Notes under the pieces: model-generated
Databases searched by the model: none
Told to the model about the DNA's origin: nothing
The model's input: only the letters and a program-made list of their open reading frames with translations
In this document: piece by piece, positions 30,884-41,528 of the stretch
Layout of the letters: each line of letters begins with the position of its first letter
Numbering within the stretch: the first letter of the stretch is position 1
Program-made: the position numbers and the translations under genes
From: Parcubacteria group bacterium GW2011_GWA2_51_10
GTDB taxonomy: Bacteria; Patescibacteriota; Minisyncoccia; Phycocordibacterales; UBA2100
DNA: 64,000 nucleotides
Direction: 5' to 3'
Assembly: GCA_001004265.1 (NCBI GenBank)
Contig: LCQS01000001.1
Location: 2,324 to 66,323, forward strand

Positions 30884-31990
30884 ATGTCAAGCTCAAAACT
30901 GGCGATAGGTATCGTTGGCCTGCCCAATGTGGGTAAATCAACATTGTTTAATGCGCTCACGAAGAAGGGCGTGCCGGCGGAGAACTATCCGTTCTGCACG
31001 ATAGATCCATCGGTTGGCATCGTCGCTGTTCCCGATGAGCGCGTCACTAAACTCTCTGAAATGTCCCTGTCCGAAAAAACTATTCCCGCAGTTGTCGAAT
31101 TTATTGATATTGCGGGGCTTGTAAAAGGAGCGGCAGAAGGGGAGGGGCTTGGTAATCAATTCTTGTCGCATATCCGCGAGACGGATGCCATTCTCGAAGT
31201 TGTGCGGCTTTTCGAGGACGAGGATGTGCACCACGTGCACGGGAAGATCGATCCTCTTCACGATATAGAAGTTATCAATATGGAGCTTGTACTCGCAGAT
31301 CTAGAGACCGCCTCGAAAGCGCTCGAGAGAGCGGAGAGGGACGCGAAGGGCGGAGACAAAGAGCTCATTGCTCTACGGGATGCACTACAGAGAACTGTTC
31401 CCACGCTCGAGTCAGGTAAGTCAGTGCGCGAAATGGAACTCACGGAGGAAGAAGAGCGCGCGATTAAATCACTTCATCTTCTGACGCAGAAACCCATTCT
31501 CTATGCTCTCAATAAAAAAAGCGGAGCGCTAAATATAGATGCGGAGGAAGGTGAGCGGTGGCGAGAGCTTTCACGTTTTCTGGAGAATTCACACGCGCAA
31601 TATGTGCTCGTCGATGCAGGAGTTGAGAGCGAACTTTCCGACGTGCATGCTGATGAAAAAGAAGATTTTCGACGAGAGCTCGGCGTAGAGGACGGCATCA
31701 ATGCACTCATCAAGGCGGGCTACACGATGCTCGATCTCATTTCTTTTTTTACAACTGGCAAAGACGAGACGCGAGCGTGGACTATCAAAAATGGCTCGAC
31801 TGCTCCGGAAGCGGGGGCGGCGATACACACCGACTTTCGGGACAAATTCATCCGCGCGGATGTCATTCAATGGGGCAAACTATTAGAAGCCGGTTCGTGG
31901 GCTAAAGCACGCGAAATGGGCATTTTGCGTTCGGAAGGCAGAGAATACGTCGTCCACGATGGCGATGTAATGGAGTTCAAGCATGGATAA
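30884..31990 (+). CDS. ychF: Redox-regulated ATPase YchF
   Basis: GLPNVGKST, NYPFCTIDP, DIAGLV, GLGNQFL, FFTTG. Confidence 0.96.
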   Translation: MSSSKLAIGIVGLPNVGKSTLFNALTKKGVPAENYPFCTIDPSVGIVAVPDERVTKLSEMSLSEKTIPAVVEFIDIAGLVKGAAEGEGLGNQFLSHIRETDAILEVVRLFEDEDVHHVHGKIDPLHDIEVINMELVLADLETASKALERAERDAKGGDKELIALRDALQRTVPTLESGKSVREMELTEEEERAIKSLHLLTQKPILYALNKKSGALNIDAEEGERWRELSRFLENSHAQYVLVDAGVESELSDVHADEKEDFRRELGVEDGINALIKAGYTMLDLISFFTTGKDETRAWTIKNGSTAPEAGAAIHTDFRDKFIRADVIQWGKLLEAGSWAKAREMGILRSEGREYVVHDGDVMEFKHG

Positions 31991-32000
31991 GAGATGCGTG

Positions 32001-32031
32001 CCCCGTTAGAGGCGAAGCTCTCTAAATGGGG
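32001..32031. repeat. Degenerate CCCGTTAGA-family palindrome
   Basis: CCCCGTTAGAG...CTCTAAATGGGG just after ychF. Confidence 0.6.
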
Positions 32032-32128
32032 TAATGGAGTCTAGACATTCGCCGCATCGTCGTGAGACGCGCGGCGGGTTGTTTTTTGCATGAGTTTGCT
32101 TTGTAAGGCTCGGTGATATAATGCGCTC

Positions 32129-32383
32129 ATGGTAAAGAAAGCACCAAAGAACATAGTGTTGGAGACCTTGTTATCGTTAGACAAGCAAGTTCGGGATATT
32201 TCTAAAGATATGGCAACGAAAGATTACGTTAAAGCTACTGTAGATGATGTTGTCGATAAGGCAAAAAAGGAAATTCTTACTGAACTGCGCGCAGTGACAA
32301 AGGCAGTTGATAAGGATGCTGTGACGATCATTGATCATGGAAAGCGAATTGTGAAGTTAGAGCGTCATCCGGTATTGCAATAA
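32129..32383 (+). CDS. Hypothetical coiled-coil protein
   Basis: MATKD...HGKRIVKLE pattern; extended -10 box 6 nt upstream. Confidence 0.6.
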   Translation: MVKKAPKNIVLETLLSLDKQVRDISKDMATKDYVKATVDDVVDKAKKEILTELRAVTKAVDKDAVTIIDHGKRIVKLERHPVLQ

Positions 32384-32387
32384 TATT

Positions 32388-33356
32388 ATGGACAAACCCA
32401 AAGTTACGCCAAAAGATTTCTTTCTCTGGATAGCCGCGATGGTCGCGCTCTACGTGAGCGTTATTTCATTCATTGCGCTTCTTTTTGATTACATTAACTA
32501 CGCGTTTCCAGACGTGCTGAATTATTACGTTGACCCGTATTCGGGAAGCATTCGCTACGAGATCGCATCGATCGTTGTGCTGTTTCCTGTCTTTCTCGTT
32601 CTCATGCGGCTGATCCGCAAAGACATCCAAGCACTACCGGAGAAGCGTGATTTGTGGGTACGACGGTGGGCTCTGTTCCTTACAGTTTTTATCGCGGGTG
32701 CGACTGTTATCGGCGACTTGATTACGCTTATCAATTACTTTCTCGGGGGAGAGATCACGATGCGGTTCGTTTTGAAAGTGCTCGTCGTGTTCCTCGTGGC
32801 AGGTGGCGCTTTTCTGCACTTCCTCGCGGACATTCGCGGCTATTGGGTGCAATTTCCAGAACGGGCGCGGACAATGGGATACGCCGTCGGTGTTCTCGTC
32901 TTGGCGACTATCGTCGCTGGGTTTTTCATCATGGGCTCTCCGAATCAGATACGTGATTACCGATTCGATGATCGGAAAGTTGGTGATCTCACAACAATTC
33001 AATACCAAATCGTGAATTACTGGCAGCTCAAACAGAAATTGCCCGCCACATTCGAGGAACTCGCGGATCCGATAGGCGGCTTTACCGTGCCTGTCGATCC
33101 GCAGACCGGCGAGCCATATCGCTATGAAGTTACCGGGACTCTGTCGTTCGAACTCTGCGCGAATTTCAATGCGCAGAGCCAGCAAACGAATTTTCCTCGC
33201 GGCGCGTATGGCCCCTATTACGCGCCCAAACCCGCGATACTAGAAAATGGGGGAGTAGCGATAGAAGATTCGTGGCAGCATGGGGCAGGCGAGGTGTGTT
33301 TCAATCGCACTATTGATCCGGAGCGATATCCTCCATTCACTAAGCCCGCGAGATAG
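32388..33356 (+). CDS. DUF5671-like membrane protein
   Basis: PKDFFL start, about five TMs, GSP...R..RFDDRKVGDL, DP.TG.PY.Y, FELCANF. Confidence 0.7.
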   Translation: MDKPKVTPKDFFLWIAAMVALYVSVISFIALLFDYINYAFPDVLNYYVDPYSGSIRYEIASIVVLFPVFLVLMRLIRKDIQALPEKRDLWVRRWALFLTVFIAGATVIGDLITLINYFLGGEITMRFVLKVLVVFLVAGGAFLHFLADIRGYWVQFPERARTMGYAVGVLVLATIVAGFFIMGSPNQIRDYRFDDRKVGDLTTIQYQIVNYWQLKQKLPATFEELADPIGGFTVPVDPQTGEPYRYEVTGTLSFELCANFNAQSQQTNFPRGAYGPYYAPKPAILENGGVAIEDSWQHGAGEVCFNRTIDPERYPPFTKPAR

Positions 33357-33429
33357 TCGAATCTATTGGGTTGCGTAGCCCTGCACGTGCTCATATGCAG
33401 CACGGTTTTCTTCATGTTATCGTGTTCGA

Positions 33430-36400
33430 ATGCGCGGGTACGACCATAAAAAGATAGAGAAAAAATGGCAAAAGAAATGGGAAGCGGACAACATTTACAC
33501 AACGCCGGACACATCTCCCAAGAAAGATAATTTCTATCTTCTGACCGAATTTCCATATCCTTCGGGTAACCTGCATGTCGGGCATTGGTACGCATTTTCT
33601 GTTCCAGACATTTTAGCGCGGTACCTGCGAATGCGCGGGAAAAACGTGCTGTATCCTATCGGTTTTGATGCATTCGGACTACCTGCGGAGAACGCTGCCA
33701 TAAAAAATAAACTAAACCCGCGAACGTGGACAGAAGAGAATATCGCGTACATGCGCAAGCAAATTCGCTCCATGGGCGCGTCGTTCGATTGGTCGCGAGA
33801 GGTAGTCACCTGTGATCCCGCGTATTACAAATGGACGCAGTGGCTTTTTCTACAGCTTTTCAAAAAGGGGCTCGTATATCAAAAGGAGACAGCAGTGAAC
33901 TGGTGTCCAAATTGCAAGACTGTGCTTGCGAACGAGCAGGTGGTGGATGGGAGATGCGAACGCTGCGACACGGAAGTAGTTCAGAAGCAGATGCTCCAAT
34001 GGAATATCAAAATTACTGATTACGCGGATCGGCTTATCGATGATTTAGAAAAGCTGGACTGGCCGAGGGAAATCAAGGAATCGCAGAAAAATTGGATAGG
34101 GCGCTCCGAAGGCGCCGAAATTGATTTTCCGCTCGCAATCGATGATGTGAAAAGAATCATTCTTCTCCATGGGAAGGGCGGCTCGGCGGTAGGAGCGTGG
34201 AAGCCGTGGCTTAAAATGAAGCTCGAGGCGATGGGTTATGAGGTGCAGATACCAGCTCTCCCTAATACAAACGAACCAAATGATGAAGAGCAGGCGGATT
34301 ATGTGCAAAAGCATTGCACGCTCGACGAGCACACAGCAATCGTCGGGCATTCCTTCGGGGGAGTTGTCGCGTTGCGGCTTTTGGAGCGAGGCGTGAAGGT
34401 AAGACGCGTCGCGCTCGTGGCAACACCGTACTCCGGCGTATACCTTGATGGAAAGGAGCGGCCGAGTGTAACGGCCATTCTAAAAAAAGGTTTCGATTTT
34501 GAAAAGATTAAGAAGCAATCGGACTTCGTGCTTTTGTATGACACAAACGATCACGTCGTTCCCATGAGCGATGGTGAGGCATTTGCGGAGAAGTTGGGCT
34601 GCTATCTCGTGCGGGGAAAGGGTGTCGAGAGCCACTTCAACGGCGCTGTGGAGCCGGATGTTTTTCTTGCGGCGGTGCCTGCCATACGCGTATTTACGAC
34701 GCGCCCCGATACTCTATTCGGTGCGACATACCTTGTATTGGCACCAGAGCATCCTTGGTTGACGCTCGCGCTGCAGCACAAGACGGTATTAAAGAATCAC
34801 GGCGAGGTTCAATCCTACGTTGATCAATCAAAAAAGAAGACAGAACTCCAGCGTCAAACGGGAGAAAAAGAAAAGACAGGCGTACGACTCGAAAGAGTCG
34901 AGGCGGTTAATCCCGCAACGGGTGGAAAAATCCCGATGTTCGTGGCGGATTACGTACTCGGCCATTACGGCACAGGTGCGATTATGGCAGTTCCCGCACA
35001 CGATCAGCGCGACTTCGAATTCGCGAAGAAATTCAATCTGCCGGTGCAGCACGTACTAGCTACAACGATTCAGAGCACGGCAGGCGCTGATGCAGTCCAT
35101 GCGCGAGAACCCTTTGTCGAGAAAAACGCAGTTATGTGCATCATAAAGCATTGGGCAAAAGATGAATACCTGTGTATCAAGTGGCGGGATTATGATGTTC
35201 GCGCCTTTGTAAGCGGAGGAATAGAAAAGGGCGAGGACGCCGTGGCAGCAGGGATACGAGAAATTCGTGAGGAGACGGGCTACCTAAATCCGAAATTTAT
35301 CAGGCACGTCGGCGGACCGTCCATCGTAGAGTTTTACCACCAGCGGAAAAAGGAAAATACGCGCACGCGCTTCGAGTATCTCTACTTCGAGCTCGAAGAT
35401 GGTAAACAGGAAGAGATTAGCACCGCGGAGGATGCAAAGCACGAGATTTTCTGGAAAACCTTCGCCGAGCTGTCCGGCTACCTTACGATTAAAGAGAATG
35501 CAAAAGTATTAGGACTTCTTGCAACCGGATCCGAGGGTGCGTACGTAGGCGAAGGTATTCTTATGAACTCCGACGGATTTGACGACATGTCGTCCGAGGA
35601 AGCCCGACGCGCAATCACCGAGAAATACGGACGCCTGAAAACTACATACAAATTACGCGACTGGATCGTCTCGCGCCAGCGATACTGGGGCGTTCCGATC
35701 CCTATCGTTCATTGCAAAAAATGCGGCGCTGTATCTGTCAGCGAAGAAGATTTACCCGTTGTACTTCCTGAAGTAGATGATTACCTGCCGGAAGGAACGG
35801 GAAAGTCGCCGCTCGCAAAAAAGCGCGAATGGGTTGAAGTAAAATGTCCTTCATGCGGAGGGGTGGGGGAGCGGGAAACGGATACGCTCGATACATTCGT
35901 TGATTCTTCGTGGTATTTTCTCCGGTACGCTGATCCACTGAATAGTGAAGAGTTTGCCTCCAAGGAGAATCAAAAACAGTGGATGCCCGTAGATTTATAT
36001 TCTGGCGGTGCAGAGCACACGACGATGCACGTCCTCTATTCGCGTTTTTGGCACAAGGCACTTTTCGATCTCGGACTCGTCGCTGACTCGGAGCCGTACG
36101 TGCGCCGGATGAATCGCTCACTTATTTTGGGACCCGATGGACAGAAGATGAGCAAGTCGCGCGGGAACGTCGTTGATCCAGACGCAGTAGTGGAGCGGCT
36201 CGGTGCAGATACGGTGAGAATGTATCTTGCGTTCATTGGTCCATACAATGAAGTTTCGAGCTACCCGTGGAATCCAGACGGGGTGGTAGGCGTTCGTCGC
36301 TTTCTAGAACGCGTTTTTCGTGCGGAAGCACTCGTTGTGGAGGCAGATACAGATGAGCTTAGCGAATCTCTCCACGAGACGTTGAAAAAAGTGGGAGAGG

Positions 36401-36807
36401 ACATAGAGCAGATGAAATTTAATACGGCCGTTTCCGCGCTCATGATCCTGCTTAATGCGATCGAGAAAGCGAAAACTGTGAGCACATCGCAGTGGGACGT
36501 CTTCCTGCGAATGCTCGCACCATTCGCTCCGCATGTGGCAGAAGAATTATGGAGCGTGCGCCACCAAGGAACCATTCACGACGAAGAGTGGCCGGAATAT
36601 GATGCATCACTCATCGCGCGAGCCATGCGTACCATTGTGATTCAGGTGAATGGCAAAAAAAGGGGAGAGTTGCGCGTGGCATCAGACGCAGCGAACGATG
36701 CTGTAGAGTCCGACGCACGGCAACAAATCGCTCCTCATTTAGAAGGGAAGCGGGTATTGAAAACAATCTTCGTACCAGGCCGTCTCGTGAATTTCGTTGT
36801 TGTATGA
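33430..36807 (+). CDS. leuS: Leucine--tRNA ligase with inserted alpha/beta-hydrolase and NUDIX domains
   Basis: FPYPSGNLHVGH, WIGRSEG, FTTRPDT, GTGAIMAVPAHD, SRQRYWG, KMSKS; 1125 aa. Confidence 0.96.
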   Translation: MRGYDHKKIEKKWQKKWEADNIYTTPDTSPKKDNFYLLTEFPYPSGNLHVGHWYAFSVPDILARYLRMRGKNVLYPIGFDAFGLPAENAAIKNKLNPRTWTEENIAYMRKQIRSMGASFDWSREVVTCDPAYYKWTQWLFLQLFKKGLVYQKETAVNWCPNCKTVLANEQVVDGRCERCDTEVVQKQMLQWNIKITDYADRLIDDLEKLDWPREIKESQKNWIGRSEGAEIDFPLAIDDVKRIILLHGKGGSAVGAWKPWLKMKLEAMGYEVQIPALPNTNEPNDEEQADYVQKHCTLDEHTAIVGHSFGGVVALRLLERGVKVRRVALVATPYSGVYLDGKERPSVTAILKKGFDFEKIKKQSDFVLLYDTNDHVVPMSDGEAFAEKLGCYLVRGKGVESHFNGAVEPDVFLAAVPAIRVFTTRPDTLFGATYLVLAPEHPWLTLALQHKTVLKNHGEVQSYVDQSKKKTELQRQTGEKEKTGVRLERVEAVNPATGGKIPMFVADYVLGHYGTGAIMAVPAHDQRDFEFAKKFNLPVQHVLATTIQSTAGADAVHAREPFVEKNAVMCIIKHWAKDEYLCIKWRDYDVRAFVSGGIEKGEDAVAAGIREIREETGYLNPKFIRHVGGPSIVEFYHQRKKENTRTRFEYLYFELEDGKQEEISTAEDAKHEIFWKTFAELSGYLTIKENAKVLGLLATGSEGAYVGEGILMNSDGFDDMSSEEARRAITEKYGRLKTTYKLRDWIVSRQRYWGVPIPIVHCKKCGAVSVSEEDLPVVLPEVDDYLPEGTGKSPLAKKREWVEVKCPSCGGVGERETDTLDTFVDSSWYFLRYADPLNSEEFASKENQKQWMPVDLYSGGAEHTTMHVLYSRFWHKALFDLGLVADSEPYVRRMNRSLILGPDGQKMSKSRGNVVDPDAVVERLGADTVRMYLAFIGPYNEVSSYPWNPDGVVGVRRFLERVFRAEALVVEADTDELSESLHETLKKVGEDIEQMKFNTAVSALMILLNAIEKAKTVSTSQWDVFLRMLAPFAPHVAEELWSVRHQGTIHDEEWPEYDASLIARAMRTIVIQVNGKKRGELRVASDAANDAVESDARQQIAPHLEGKRVLKTIFVPGRLVNFVVV

Positions 36808-36837
36808 AATCTTGGATTTCGTAAATCCAGATATGCT

Positions 36838-38331
36838 CTAGCGGCAGCGGCAGACGATAGGGCCGGTCGCGGAATCTTCAAGTGTGTAGCCCTCTTGCTC
36901 GAGTTCCGCTCGAATTCTGTCTGCGAGAGTCCAATTTTTATCTGCCCTCGCACTCTCGCGGGATAGCACTTTGTCGTGTATTTCCGGCGGCAGTGCATCG
37001 AGCGCTACACTTTCGCCAAATTCCTTGGCGATTAGGGCATCCGCTTTCGAATCGTCAAGGTTGAGCGCCAGGCCGAACACTTTGTCTGCGTCCAATACTG
37101 CTGCGCGCGCATCTTCCACTCGGACAGCGGTGTCCTTCATCATTTCCCAGATGACGGCGAGTGCGCCCGCAGTATCAAGATCATCGTTAAAGCGCTCATG
37201 GTAGCGGAATTTCACAGAGGGAGGAGGCGTGCCGATTTCGGGCGCGCTGCGCACAAAATGGCGAAGCTTGAGGTATGCTGCTTGCGCCGCTTTAAGTGCG
37301 TCCCACGTAAAATTTGCCGGAGTGCGATAGTGCGCTTGCAGAAAAAGGTAGCGCAGTGCGAGCGGGTGGAGTCCTCGCTTGGTTATCTCCGACAAGTACA
37401 CGACGTTGCCCTCGGATTTGGAGATCTTTTTGCCATCTATCTGTATGTGCGCTCGATGCATCCAGAATTTCGAAAGCGGCCTGCGGCCGGTAACTGCCTC
37501 GGATTGTGCGATCTCATTGTTATGGTGAACCGGAATGTGCTCGATCCCTCCCGTGTGTATGTCTATCTGCTGCCCGAGTGTCGCGCGGATCATCGCGGAG
37601 CACTCGATGTGCCAGCCGGGGAATCCGCGTCCCCATGGACTTTCCCATCCCAATTTCTCATCGAGCTTCCATAAAATAAAATCCGACGGACTTCGCTTAT
37701 CTTTCCGCGCGATACGCGCTCCCTCTTTTTGTCCCTCGAGATTTATATTGCCGAGCTTGCCGTAGTTGGGGAAGCGCGCTGTGTCGAAGTACACTCCCGA
37801 CTTCGTGCGATACGCGTATCCTTTCTCCTCGAGTGTCGCTATCATCGCAACATCGAGCGAGATGTAATCGGACGCGCGCGGGAATGCGATCCTGCTTGTG
37901 TCGATATTGAGCGCACGCAAATCATCAATAAAAATCTCTGAATATCGCTCGCCGAGAGTGCGCATGCTCTCTATGGTGAGAGGCAGGCCCTCGCGCTTAA
38001 GACCCTTTGTCATTCGATCCTCGCCCTCGTCGGCATCTCCCGCGTTATCGCCGGCGAGGTGTCCTACATCGGTAAAATTGATGGTCTGCTTTACCTGAAA
38101 ACCGTTATATTCAAGTGTTCTTCGTAACGCATCAGTAAACACAAACATTGAAAGATTCCCGATGTGTTGGACGTCGTACACTGTCGGTCCGCAGTTGTAC
38201 ATGCGAACGGTATGAGCGTGCGGAGGGGGCGAGAATTTCTGCATCTGCCCTCCGAGGGTGTTGTAGAGGTAAAGAGGAAGATTCCGCGCACGCCGCCTCC
38301 TAAATATGTTGAAAAAACTGAATGCCATCAT
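36838..38331 (-). CDS. cysS: Cysteine--tRNA ligase
   Basis: CGPTVY..HIGN, GFPGWHIECSAM, DIHTGG, HHNNEIAQ, KISKS. Confidence 0.96.
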   Translation of the reverse strand: MMAFSFFNIFRRRRARNLPLYLYNTLGGQMQKFSPPPHAHTVRMYNCGPTVYDVQHIGNLSMFVFTDALRRTLEYNGFQVKQTINFTDVGHLAGDNAGDADEGEDRMTKGLKREGLPLTIESMRTLGERYSEIFIDDLRALNIDTSRIAFPRASDYISLDVAMIATLEEKGYAYRTKSGVYFDTARFPNYGKLGNINLEGQKEGARIARKDKRSPSDFILWKLDEKLGWESPWGRGFPGWHIECSAMIRATLGQQIDIHTGGIEHIPVHHNNEIAQSEAVTGRRPLSKFWMHRAHIQIDGKKISKSEGNVVYLSEITKRGLHPLALRYLFLQAHYRTPANFTWDALKAAQAAYLKLRHFVRSAPEIGTPPPSVKFRYHERFNDDLDTAGALAVIWEMMKDTAVRVEDARAAVLDADKVFGLALNLDDSKADALIAKEFGESVALDALPPEIHDKVLSRESARADKNWTLADRIRAELEQEGYTLEDSATGPIVCRCR

Positions 38332-38396
38332 CGTAAGTATGAACGTTCTATTGCGCCCCGACAAGCACTCGACATGTTTTGAAGCGTGATACGATA

Positions 38397-40112
38397 ATGA
38401 AGCAAATACCGGTCATGGAACTATTCACGGAACTAAGTTTGCTGATCGCGGTCGCCACCGTGATGGCTGTCGTCATGCGGCTTCTCCGGCAGCCGCTCAT
38501 CATCGGACATATTCTAACCGGTCTCATCGTGGGGCCGCTTCTTCTCGATGTCGTGCGATCTGCCGATACACTCGCGCTCATGAGCGAAATAGGCATTGCG
38601 ATTCTGCTTTTCACTGTCGGATTGAACTTGAATCCGGACATTATACGGAAATTCGGCCGCGTCGCGCTTCTCGCGGGCGTGGGGCAGGTTCTCGCGACAT
38701 CGATCGTCGGCTACTTTATCTCCCTTGCGTTGGGCTTCACTCCTCTCGCATCTTTTTATATTGCCGTCGCGCTTTCGTTCAGCAGCACCATCATCATCAT
38801 GAAGTTGATAACGGACAAGGGCGATCTAGACGTCCTATACGCGAAAATAGCGGTAGGTTTTCTTCTCGTACAGGACTTGATCGCAGTACTTCTCCTCCTG
38901 GGACTGCCACTGTTTGCAACAGGTGAGCTCGAACTTTCGAGCATTATGCGTCTTGCGCTCATGGGGCTATTTCTCGTTTCGTTCGTGATGCTTGCGTCAC
39001 GTTTCTTTATTTCTCGCGCGAGTGCATTCATATCGCAGTCGCAGGAATTTCTATTTTTGTTTGCCATAACGTGGGGTATCGGCATCGCTGCGCTTTTTCA
39101 ATATTTCGGATACTCGCTCGAGAGTGGCGCTCTCATTGCTGGCATCGCGCTTGCATCGCTTCCAGAGCGGCACGAAATTAGCGCGCGTCTCTCGCCGCTG
39201 CGCGACTTTTTCATCGTGATGTTTTTCATATTTCTCGGTTCGCAGATGCAGTTTGCCGATATCACGAATCTTATTCCAGCCGCGGTTATTTTGTCCCTGT
39301 TGATTCTCATTGGGAATCCTATAATTCTCATGGCAATCATGGGTGCTCTCGGATACCGGAAGAAAACAAGCATGCAGACAGGCTTTACGGTCGCGCAGAT
39401 CAGCGAGTTCTCTCTCATCTTGGTCGCGCTCGGAGTTACGCTCGGGCATGTCGAAGGGGCGATACTTTCACTTGTTACACTCGTCGGCCTCATTACGATA
39501 TTCGGCTCGACCTACCTTGTTTTATACTCCGACCGCATCTACAGCATCCTCGCTCCCTATCTCGGAATCTTTGAACGCGGCGGCGCATGGGAGCCGCCGA
39601 CACGTCGCACTTCTCACAGCGTTGTTCTTTTTGGATGCAATCGGATTGGATACGACTTTATTCAATCCCTCAAGAAAATGGGAAAACCATTTCTCGTTAT
39701 CGATTACAATCCCGAAACGATTGATGAGTTGGAGCGGCAGGGAATAGCGACCGAATTTGGCGATGCGGGCGATTTGAATTTTCTCGAGTCTCTCGACCTC
39801 ACACATGTCGAACTCGCTATTTCTACTATCCCGAACAGTGAGATCAATCTTTTAATTCACCGCGCCGTCAAGGCCGCGAATTCTCGTGCAATTGTTATGG
39901 TGGTGGCGCATAGGGTGAGAGACGCACTTTCGCATTACGATGAGGGAGTGGACTACGTGATACTCCCGCATTTTCTCGGCGGGCGCTACGCTGCGGAGGT
40001 CGTCATCGAATATCGTACGGACAAATCGAAGTACGATGCGCTGCGCACTGAGCACATCGAGCATCTGCAATTGCGAGCGGAGCTTGGGCACGAGCATCCG
40101 CGCCGCGCCTAG
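38397..40112 (+). CDS. CPA2/Kef-type cation:proton antiporter with TrkA-N domain
   Basis: LLFTVGL, FSSTIII, LLVQDL, LRDFF, AQISEFS; C-terminal GCNRIG Rossmann domain. Confidence 0.9.
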   Translation: MKQIPVMELFTELSLLIAVATVMAVVMRLLRQPLIIGHILTGLIVGPLLLDVVRSADTLALMSEIGIAILLFTVGLNLNPDIIRKFGRVALLAGVGQVLATSIVGYFISLALGFTPLASFYIAVALSFSSTIIIMKLITDKGDLDVLYAKIAVGFLLVQDLIAVLLLLGLPLFATGELELSSIMRLALMGLFLVSFVMLASRFFISRASAFISQSQEFLFLFAITWGIGIAALFQYFGYSLESGALIAGIALASLPERHEISARLSPLRDFFIVMFFIFLGSQMQFADITNLIPAAVILSLLILIGNPIILMAIMGALGYRKKTSMQTGFTVAQISEFSLILVALGVTLGHVEGAILSLVTLVGLITIFGSTYLVLYSDRIYSILAPYLGIFERGGAWEPPTRRTSHSVVLFGCNRIGYDFIQSLKKMGKPFLVIDYNPETIDELERQGIATEFGDAGDLNFLESLDLTHVELAISTIPNSEINLLIHRAVKAANSRAIVMVVAHRVRDALSHYDEGVDYVILPHFLGGRYAAEVVIEYRTDKSKYDALRTEHIEHLQLRAELGHEHPRRA

Positions 40113-40185
40113 CACAGAAGAATTTGGTTCGGAGCGGCTTTCCAATGAATGAGCCGCATGCGATAATCTTCCGCATATTATATTT

Positions 40186-41466
40186 ATGCACGGCGTATTT
40201 CACGATAGCGGCAGGGAAGTAGCAGGTTCGAAGATGCCTCATGTATGGGCGGGCGTGTTTGTCATACTGATTTTTGGCTTTGGGTATCTCATCGGCGTGC
40301 GTGGTTTTCTTGCGGAGCGCATACCGGCACCAATTGTGTCGGCAATAGCAGCTCCATTGCAACCGCAGGGCGTCGATTTCTCGCCCGTATGGAAAGCATG
40401 GCGCGTTATCGACGAGAAATTCGTTCCAGCGTCAGTTGCCACAACTACGTCGATTGCCACGAGCACGCAGGATGCTAATCAAAAGCGCGTGTGGGGGATG
40501 ATACAGGGCCTCGCAGCCTCGCTTGACGATCCCTACACGTTCTTTCTCCCGCCGGTAGAGAAAAAACTATTCGAGGATGATATGAGCGGCAGCTTCGAAG
40601 GAGTCGGCATGGAAATTGCAGTGCGCGATCAGGTGCTCACCGTCGTTTCGCCCTTAAAAGGAACCCCATCTGAGAGAGCGGGCATCAAAAGCGGAGACAA
40701 AGTTTTAAAAATCGATGGCGAAGATACGCGCGGCATGGATATTACCGAAGCCGTGAAGCGCATTCGCGGTCCGCAGGGCACGGAGGTGACGTTGACGGTA
40801 TTTCGTGATGGGTGGGATGAGCCGCTCGATATCAAAGTGAAGCGCGACGTTATCAATGTTCCGACTTTGACGACGGAAGTGCGGTCGGATGGCATCTTCG
40901 TGCTCACGCTCTCGAGCTTCACTGCGCAATCTCCGGATCTTTTCAGAAACGCACTGCGCGAATTTGTTACGTCGGGGAATACGAAACTCATCATCGATCT
41001 GCGGCGGAACCCCGGTGGGTACCTCGAGGCCGCGGTTGATATGGCGAGTTGGTTTTTGCCAGCCGGAAAAGTTGTCGTAACGGAAGATTATGCAGGACAT
41101 GCGCAAAATGTCGTGCATCGCTCGCGCGGATACGACATCTTCAATGACAACCTAAAGATGGTTGTGCTCGTGGATAAAGGCTCGGCGTCAGCATCAGAAA
41201 TTCTCGCAGAAGCCTTGCGCTATCACGGCAAAGCGACGCTCATCGGCGCGAGCACGTTCGGAAAAGGGTCCGTGCAGGAACTGGTGGAAATTACCCCGGA
41301 AACATCGCTCAAGGTTACGATTGCTCTCTGGCTCGGCCCGAACGGGCAGTCGATTCCGACTTCCGGCATTGTGCCCGATGTGGAAGTGAAATTGACTGAA
41401 GATGACACGGTGGCGGGGAAGGACCCACAGCTTGATAAAGCAATTGAAATAGTTAAGAGTTTATAG
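40186..41466 (+). CDS. S41 C-terminal processing peptidase with PDZ domain
   Basis: GSFEGVGM, DLRRNPGG, SASASEI, TFGKGSVQ. Confidence 0.93.
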   Translation: MHGVFHDSGREVAGSKMPHVWAGVFVILIFGFGYLIGVRGFLAERIPAPIVSAIAAPLQPQGVDFSPVWKAWRVIDEKFVPASVATTTSIATSTQDANQKRVWGMIQGLAASLDDPYTFFLPPVEKKLFEDDMSGSFEGVGMEIAVRDQVLTVVSPLKGTPSERAGIKSGDKVLKIDGEDTRGMDITEAVKRIRGPQGTEVTLTVFRDGWDEPLDIKVKRDVINVPTLTTEVRSDGIFVLTLSSFTAQSPDLFRNALREFVTSGNTKLIIDLRRNPGGYLEAAVDMASWFLPAGKVVVTEDYAGHAQNVVHRSRGYDIFNDNLKMVVLVDKGSASASEILAEALRYHGKATLIGASTFGKGSVQELVEITPETSLKVTIALWLGPNGQSIPTSGIVPDVEVKLTEDDTVAGKDPQLDKAIEIVKSL

Positions 41467-41528
41467 TTGTTAGTTTTTAGTTTGCACAGTGCGACTTACT
41501 CTAAACTTAAAACTCAAAACTTAAAACT

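Noticed and set aside
34141..34683. Intein in leuS
   Set aside because: No N-terminal Cys/Ser or C-terminal His-Asn splice motifs; the insert has hydrolase motifs instead
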